From: the human T2T-CHM13v2.0 reference genome, Homo sapiens
Assembly: GCF_009914755.1 (NCBI RefSeq)
Contig: NC_060925.1
DNA: 64,000 bases
Reading direction: 5' to 3' (one strand)
Shown: piece after piece, positions 61,044-64,000 of the stretch
Position numbering within the stretch: position 1 is the first letter of the stretch
How the letters are laid out: each line of letters opens with the position of its first letter
Program-made: the position numbers and the translations under genes
The notes under the pieces: model-generated
What the model was told of the DNA's origin: nothing
The model's input: only the letters and a program-made list of their open reading frames with translations
The model's database searches: none

Positions 61044-62677
61044 TTACTCAGGTACAGTGAGGCCAACAGATCAGGAGACAAACACCATTGAAAAGATAGT
61101 TTATTACTCACAGTTCCCAAGAGGAGGGGTTTGCTATTGCTAAGCCTTCGATGCCACGAGGGATAGCGCCAGGGTCAGTTAAGAGGCAGATGGAGGGAGG
61201 GGAAAGTGTGGGCAGGAGCCTTTACTGTGGCTTTCACTGGAAGGAGCAGGCAAGGCAGACTAAGCTAGCTCACAATGGCTGGTTTGAATAAGCCCAGCAG
61301 GCTCTGGGTACCTAACCTTGGGATGCTTTGGGCCACACACCAAGAAAGCAATTCTATAGATTCCCCAGTGGACACCAGCTGGGTGTCCTCCAATGCAATG
61401 CAATTCCGACAGCAGAAAAATGCAAATGGGAAATTTTTAAAAGAGTCTTCAGTTTTGGCAGGTTGGCAATATGTGTAGGTATTAACCTGATGTACTCCTT
61501 TTAGTCTCCTTTTATATAAGACACAGGGGCTGGACTGTGCCATTCAAAGACATCTCTCAATTTCAACATTTTGTGATCCCCCTCACCCTTTTTCCATTTA
61601 CACATAGAAAATTTGGAGTGCCAACCAAAATAACAGAGAGAGAACGATAGTGGCCTGGAGTGTGACAGCTCCATAGATGAGTGGTTGGGGCTGTGGGCTC
61701 TGGGTTGGTGAGTTTGTATATGAAATGCACAATCCCAGTAATTTTTTTTTCTAGCTGTAAATTTTTTTTTCTAGCTATAAAATTGTCCCCGGGAGAAGCT
61801 GTCCCTCCATGGCCAGTGAGGCCCTGGATGTCAAAGCCTCTGAAAATATAGAAAATCAAAGGCATGGTTACTACACTTGCATTCCTCTATCCTGCCAGGA
61901 ATGCTGTTTGCTCTTTTTGGGGCTCAGAAACTGATACCCCAGCGCTTTGACATGCTGAACTGAATAAGAAGCCTCCAGGTCTCTCTGACCTTCCCCTCCT
62001 TCCTGTCTCCCAATCTTCTGTCTCTCCCAAAGCACTGGATGAAGCTGTTCTCTGAAATTCCCCTATCTGCCTAAAGTGCAGACCTGCTGCAGCAGAAAAC
62101 AATGGCCTCCGATCCCTTCCCTGAGTTTCAAACGGCTGAACTCTCATCACAGGAATGAGGACTGAAGTCGGTCAACATGCCTGGACAGACCTTTTTTTTC
62201 TAGCTGTAAATATATTTTTTAGCTATAAAATTGGCCCTGGTAGAAGCTGTCTTTGTCACAAACCAACAGACTGTCCCAGACCATTGTATGTTCTTCAAGC
62301 CCGTTGAATTTCCCTAAAAAATATTTACTATCCCCCTAAAATAATGCACACTTCCTTATCTCCCTTTCCCCTAAGAGGAGAATAAAGGCCTCTGCACCCC
62401 ATTGCATGGTGGGGTAACCACCCTGTGATTCTCCCCATGCATGTTAATAGATGTGTAAGCCTTTCCTCCTAGCAATCTGCCTTCTGTCAGCTGATTTTAT
62501 AACAAAACTTCAGAAGATAAAGGGGAAGTTTTCCCTTGGCTCCTAAGCTGTCCACCCTGTTGATCAGAAGCAGGGCAATGCTGATAACACACCAGTAATG
62601 TCCTGATCCTTGATGCTCCTGCCCCGCAACTTTCTAGGTCTGTGCAGTTAGCCCACATCTTTTTTTTCTTTCTCTCT

Positions 62678-62963
<286 letters not shown>

Positions 62964-63510
62964 AGCCCACATCTTATGATGTCCCATGTCTAGAGAGAGG
63001 GCTGTCGTCAACAATGACCTCAGATGCACACAAACCCTCAGTCAGTGCAAGAATCCAAGTATCCCCAGAGGGCCAGCAAGTCCAGTTCAAACAGGAGCTG
63101 GGAGGAAACCTGGCTGGTGCTCACCTGCTTGTTGGGGTAGGGGGCTGTTATAAAGTGAATTATGTCCCTTGAAATTCACAGGTTGAAGTCCTACCCCCAG
63201 GACCTCAGAATGTGGCTGTGTTTGGAGACAGAGCCATTAAAGAGGAAATAAAGGTAAATGAGTTCCTTGGGGTGGGCCCTACTCCCATAGGTCTGTTGTC
63301 CTCATAAGAAGGGATTAGGGCACAGACTCACAAGGAGGGATGGCCCTATGAGGACCGGGGAGGAGACTGCATCTACAGGCTCAGGAGAGACGCCTCAGGG
63401 GGAAATGACCTTGTTCACACCTTGATCTCGGACTCCAGCCTCCAGCACCATGAGAAAGTAAACTTCTATTGTTTATGGCACCCAGTCTCTCTGCTGCAGT
63501 GTTATGGTGG

Positions 63511-63951
63511 TGTGAACCCTAAAAATCTGAGACAGGTCTCAGTTAATTTAGAAAGTTTATTTTGCCAAGGTTGAGGACATGTGCGTGACACAGCCTCAGG
63601 AAGTCCTGCCAACACGCGCCCAAGGTGGTTGGGGCACAGCTTGGTTTTATACATTTTAGGGAGACATGAGACATCAATTAATATATTAAGAAGTACATTA
63701 GCTCCATCCCAAAAGGCGGAGACAGCTCAAAACAAGGCCGCCCCACCCACACTGTACTGGGGGCTTCCAGGTCACAAGTAGATGAGAGAGACAGATGGTT
63801 GCATTCTTTTGAGTGTCTGATAAGTCTTTCCCAAGAGGCAATCAGAATATGCGTCTATCTCTGTGAGCAGAGGGATGACTGAATAGCATGTGAGGTAGAT
63901 TTGACCTGAGAGGTTCCCAGCCTGAAGGGGTCCAACTATCTTCCTTTCACA
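63511..63951 (-). mobile_element. MER4-group LTR inserted near the end of an MLT1-like LTR (from ~63146)
   Basis: TGTGAACCCTAAAAATCTGAGACAGG...CCTTTCACA; homologous to 5029-5452. Confidence 0.75.
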
Positions 63952-64000
63952 GCGGCCTGAACCAATTGAGACAGGGAGGTTGCAAGTTTTAGATGGAAGA

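Overview
Primate (apparently human) genomic DNA matching my recollection of the chr1q42.13 HIST3 histone cluster; it is not prokaryotic, and I see no CRISPR array, tRNA or rRNA. Left to right: the 5' part of TRIM17 (minus strand; promoter, non-coding exon 1 and the first two coding exons), testis histone H3-4 (H3.4/H3t, minus), ~30 kb of repeat-dense spacer containing an RPL23A processed pseudogene, the divergent H2AW (H2AC25/HIST3H2A) and H2BU1 (H2BC26/HIST3H2BB) pair, the MIR4666A hairpin, and the frameshifted H2B pseudogene H2BU2P (H2BC27P/HIST3H2BA). The rest is Alu, L1, LTR and simple repeats. Best unexplained signals: (1) an orphan H2A/H2B-type promoter at ~21.4 kb with the same motif spacing as the H2BU1 promoter but no histone gene; (2) a sharp gene-conversion boundary between H2BU1 and its inverted pseudogene, which is broken by one base only; (3) a perfect 10-bp alternative pairing that could block both the stem-loop and the U7 site of H2AW; (4) two gene-less CpG islands (32-33 kb, 57-58 kb) that look like old paralogues; (5) tandem arrays and nested insertions whose history is readable in the sequence. 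Gene and repeat subfamily names come from memory, with no database search, and repeat boundaries are approximate.
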